From Chrysomallon squamiferum (taxonomy: Eukaryota > Animalia > Mollusca): DNA of 64,000 nt. Positions 61,353 through 64,000 of the stretch are shown here, one piece after another. Each line of letters begins with the position of its first letter. Position 1 is the first letter of the stretch. Below the pieces are notes generated by a model. That model was given only the letters and a program-made list of their open reading frames with translations. It was not told where the DNA came from and ran no database searches. Where the stretch lies: NCBI GenBank assembly GCA_012295275.1, contig CM022672.1, positions 7,750,001 to 7,814,000 of the forward strand, in the 5' to 3' direction. Position numbers and translations under genes: made by a program.

Positions 61353-64000
61353 ATGGGTCAGTATGAGTTCAGCAAAGGTGTCATGGAAAAGATTCTTAGG
61401 CGAGCTTTTCTGGATGGTGTTATTGAACTGTATGAGAACTGTCCAACTGGACGAATATATTCTGTTGCCCTGGAAGGTGACCTGTCCTTGACTGTCAACA
61501 AGCTGGAGACATTTGACATTAGATTATGTGAAATTGCCCAGAGGGCACCAGAGAAAAACCTCAAGAACAAAGTAATAAAAACTGAAACACCGTCAAGAGA
61601 AACTACTCCAAAGATTGAAGACATAAAGCCAAAGATAAAGTGTGAAAATCATGCAGTTGTCTCCTCCATTGATAAAACCAGTTCTGGTCTTAAAAGTGAA
61701 ATTCAGACGACCAATGTAGAGGATAATAATAATGTGCCAGTTGAATGTGTTAGTAACATAAATGTTCCAAAAACAGTGACTGTCAAAGCAGAAACTGTAA
61801 TTACAAGTGACATGGACTGTAATAGTGAACCTGTGAGTAAAGACAAAGTTCTCATTGGTGGTGATTCAGTGAGTGAGAGTCTTGGTGTGAGTGGGGCAGA
61901 GCAAGTGAGTAGAAATGACACTGAGAATGGCGACGATGTATTAAGCAGGACTGAGATAGTGAATACTGATGAAACTGTGAGTAACAACAAATTAGTGAGT
62001 GGCACTGTGAGTAAATGTGAGACACTGAGCCGGGGTAAACCAGTAGACAGAGCTGTGACATCTGACACCAGTCAACCAGTACCACATGACATGAGTGTCA
62101 TGTTATATGATCACAAATCTTCTGTTGTGGAGTTAAAATCTTGTGAGAAGCCAGTGATTCTGTTTGATGATGTAGAAAATGAAGGAGGCGAGAGAAGTGT
62201 CACTGATGATAGAACAGAAAACATTAACAAAATCGAGTGTATAACATCCAGGCTTCCTTGTTCTGAAGACAGTAGTGTTAGTAACCAGACTGGTGCCACA
62301 TCAAGTAAAGGTTTGCAAAAACGTAAATACAAATTGTATAGTTAATGTTGCTAATTAAATATTGTTTAATGTGAATAAATATTTTGATGCAAATACTTTT
62401 ATTAAATTGTAAAAATGTGACAATTTTATGAATGCTTCGTGTCATATGTTTGGATTTTTTAATTCTAAAATAATGCTTTTATTTTTTTTCATTTTATGGT
62501 TTGTACATGTGCTTTACCAAATATTTGTTGTTCTGTGGAAGCCTCTTTTTTTGAGTTTAGTGTTCCTGTAAATTAGAAAATGTTTTTTATTTTTTTTTTT
62601 TCATAAAACATTTTGATCTTTTGACAGAAATCTAAGTTGATTTTAGTTTAAATGTAACTTTTCAAGATCTAACAAGTGTCACTTTTATTAATTTCTCAAT
62701 AAATTTTATATATATTTTTTTATGTATAAAGAGGTGTACAGGTTCTATGGATTAAGGTTTGTCTTTGAAAAAGCTTCTTTTCTTTTTTATCAGAGTGTGA
62801 AACAATTTTAATAGACGATGAAGATGAAGCACTCAGTAAAACAGGACCAGAAATCAACCCAGTGTCCAAATTCAAACGCAGAAAAAAAGAACCAAGACAC
62901 AGCTTTGAAAAAAGAGCTGTTGGTCAGCTGGTCAGTGAGTATGGTCTTGTGAGTCCACTGGCTGCAGATTTCTGCAGTGCTTGTCCACTGTGCTCTTTAC
63001 TCTTTCAGAACAAAGAATTTTTTATCACCCATGTCGAAAGTCATCGTCAGCAGCTTGGACAGACATGTCTGATCTGTTCCCAAGGAAACCTACAGACAGA
63101 CGGCTATCTGTACCACCTAGCAACTCATCATGGAACATCGCTGATTCAGGCAGCAGCAGAACTTTCTGGTCTGTCTCAAGAAGGACTCGGTTCTCCTGCT
63201 TCTCAGTTTCCTGTGATAAAGTCAGAAGGAGAATTCCGATGTCTGCAGTGCGGGCGTGACTTCCTCACTATTGGTATGTTGGAGAGTCACGCTGAGTCTC
63301 ACCGACTGGAGGAACTGGAGTCTGAGAAAGAAACTGTTCGTGCTGAGTTCGTGGAGTCAAAAGATGTGGTCAGTTATGGGTGTGAGCTGTGTACTGATGT
63401 TTTCACTCAGCCGTCATCACTGGCAGAACATCACAAACAAGAGCATGGACTCCAGCTGAAAGGACAGATGTCAGTGTATGTGAACGACCATACAGACGAC
63501 AGTTCCTCTGAAGATGTGGCAGTGGCAGCTAGCAGCAGGAATCTGGAACTGTTTACCTGTCATCGATGTGGCCGAAGTTTCCGATCATGGCGAAGTCTAA
63601 AGTATCACTACCTGACAACCCACGGACTGCAGTTCACCTGTGAAGTGTGTCGGAATGCATTTTCTAGTCAAAGACATTTACGAGTGCATGAAGAAACACA
63701 CATCTCAACACTGGCTGACCCTGTCTTCAAGTGCAACATCTGTGACAAGACTTTCCCCACTGTGACCCACTGCACTGCCCACAAACGAAGTCACACGAGT
63801 GCCAAACCCCACACCTGTGATTTGTGTGGATCGTGCTTCTTTAAGAGAGGAGATTTGACAAAGCATGTTAGAACGGTTCACTGCCCAAAGAAGCATTTTG
63901 TGTGTAAGATCTGTGGAAGAACTGGAACGAGATCAGATAACATGCGAGTGCATGTCAAGCTGCACCAGAAGTTCATGAGCAGAGACCAGGTGGATCAGCT
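61353..64000 (+). CDS. C2H2 zinc-finger protein (at least 9 fingers), 3' end outside the window
   Basis: Exon with acceptor at 61321 and ATG at 61353, running to a phase-1 donor at 62322 (C/gtaaat; alternative at 62310). The next exon starts at 62794 and is open to the window end: CPLC..HVESH, CLIC..HLATHH, CLQC..HAESH, CELC..HHKQEH, CHRC..HYLTTH, CEVC..HEETH, CNIC..HKRSH-TSAKPH-TCDLC..HVRTVH, CKIC..HVKLH. This exon is missing from the ORF track because it has no stop in the window. Confidence 0.9.

Noticed and set aside
61358-63896. Antisense and alternate-frame ORFs over the zinc-finger gene (likewise over the GPCRs and MIB2 exons)
   Set aside because: Shadow ORFs of real coding sequence with no independent motifs.

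Overview
AT-rich, microsatellite-dense eukaryotic DNA with GT-AG introns. A lophotrochozoan or mollusc origin is my inference, not proven. Positions ~2.1-43.5 kb hold a head-to-tail array of three Mind-bomb-2-like (MIB2) E3 ligase genes. Each has a 5' non-coding exon plus 17 coding exons: MIB/HERC2-ZZ-MIB/HERC2, one Mib repeat, an 18-aa repeat linker, ankyrin repeats and one atypical all-Cys RING-like finger. Copy 3 splices by hand into an intact 809-aa ORF, copy 1 looks intact but is cut by an N gap, and copy 2 carries frameshifts. The copies have conserved ETS/kappaB and variable ISRE/GAS-like promoter motifs. Their differences fall largely on putative substrate-binding surfaces, and copy 2 looks like a mosaic of copies 1 and 3. 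Degenerate DNA transposons (pogo/Tigger, hAT, MULE, Merlin-like) sit in and between the genes. Downstream are two class A GPCRs with intronless coding regions (one divergent orphan, one aminergic 5-HT4/TAAR-like) and a C2H2 zinc-finger gene that runs off the window end. All exon models are manual and unverified by transcripts.
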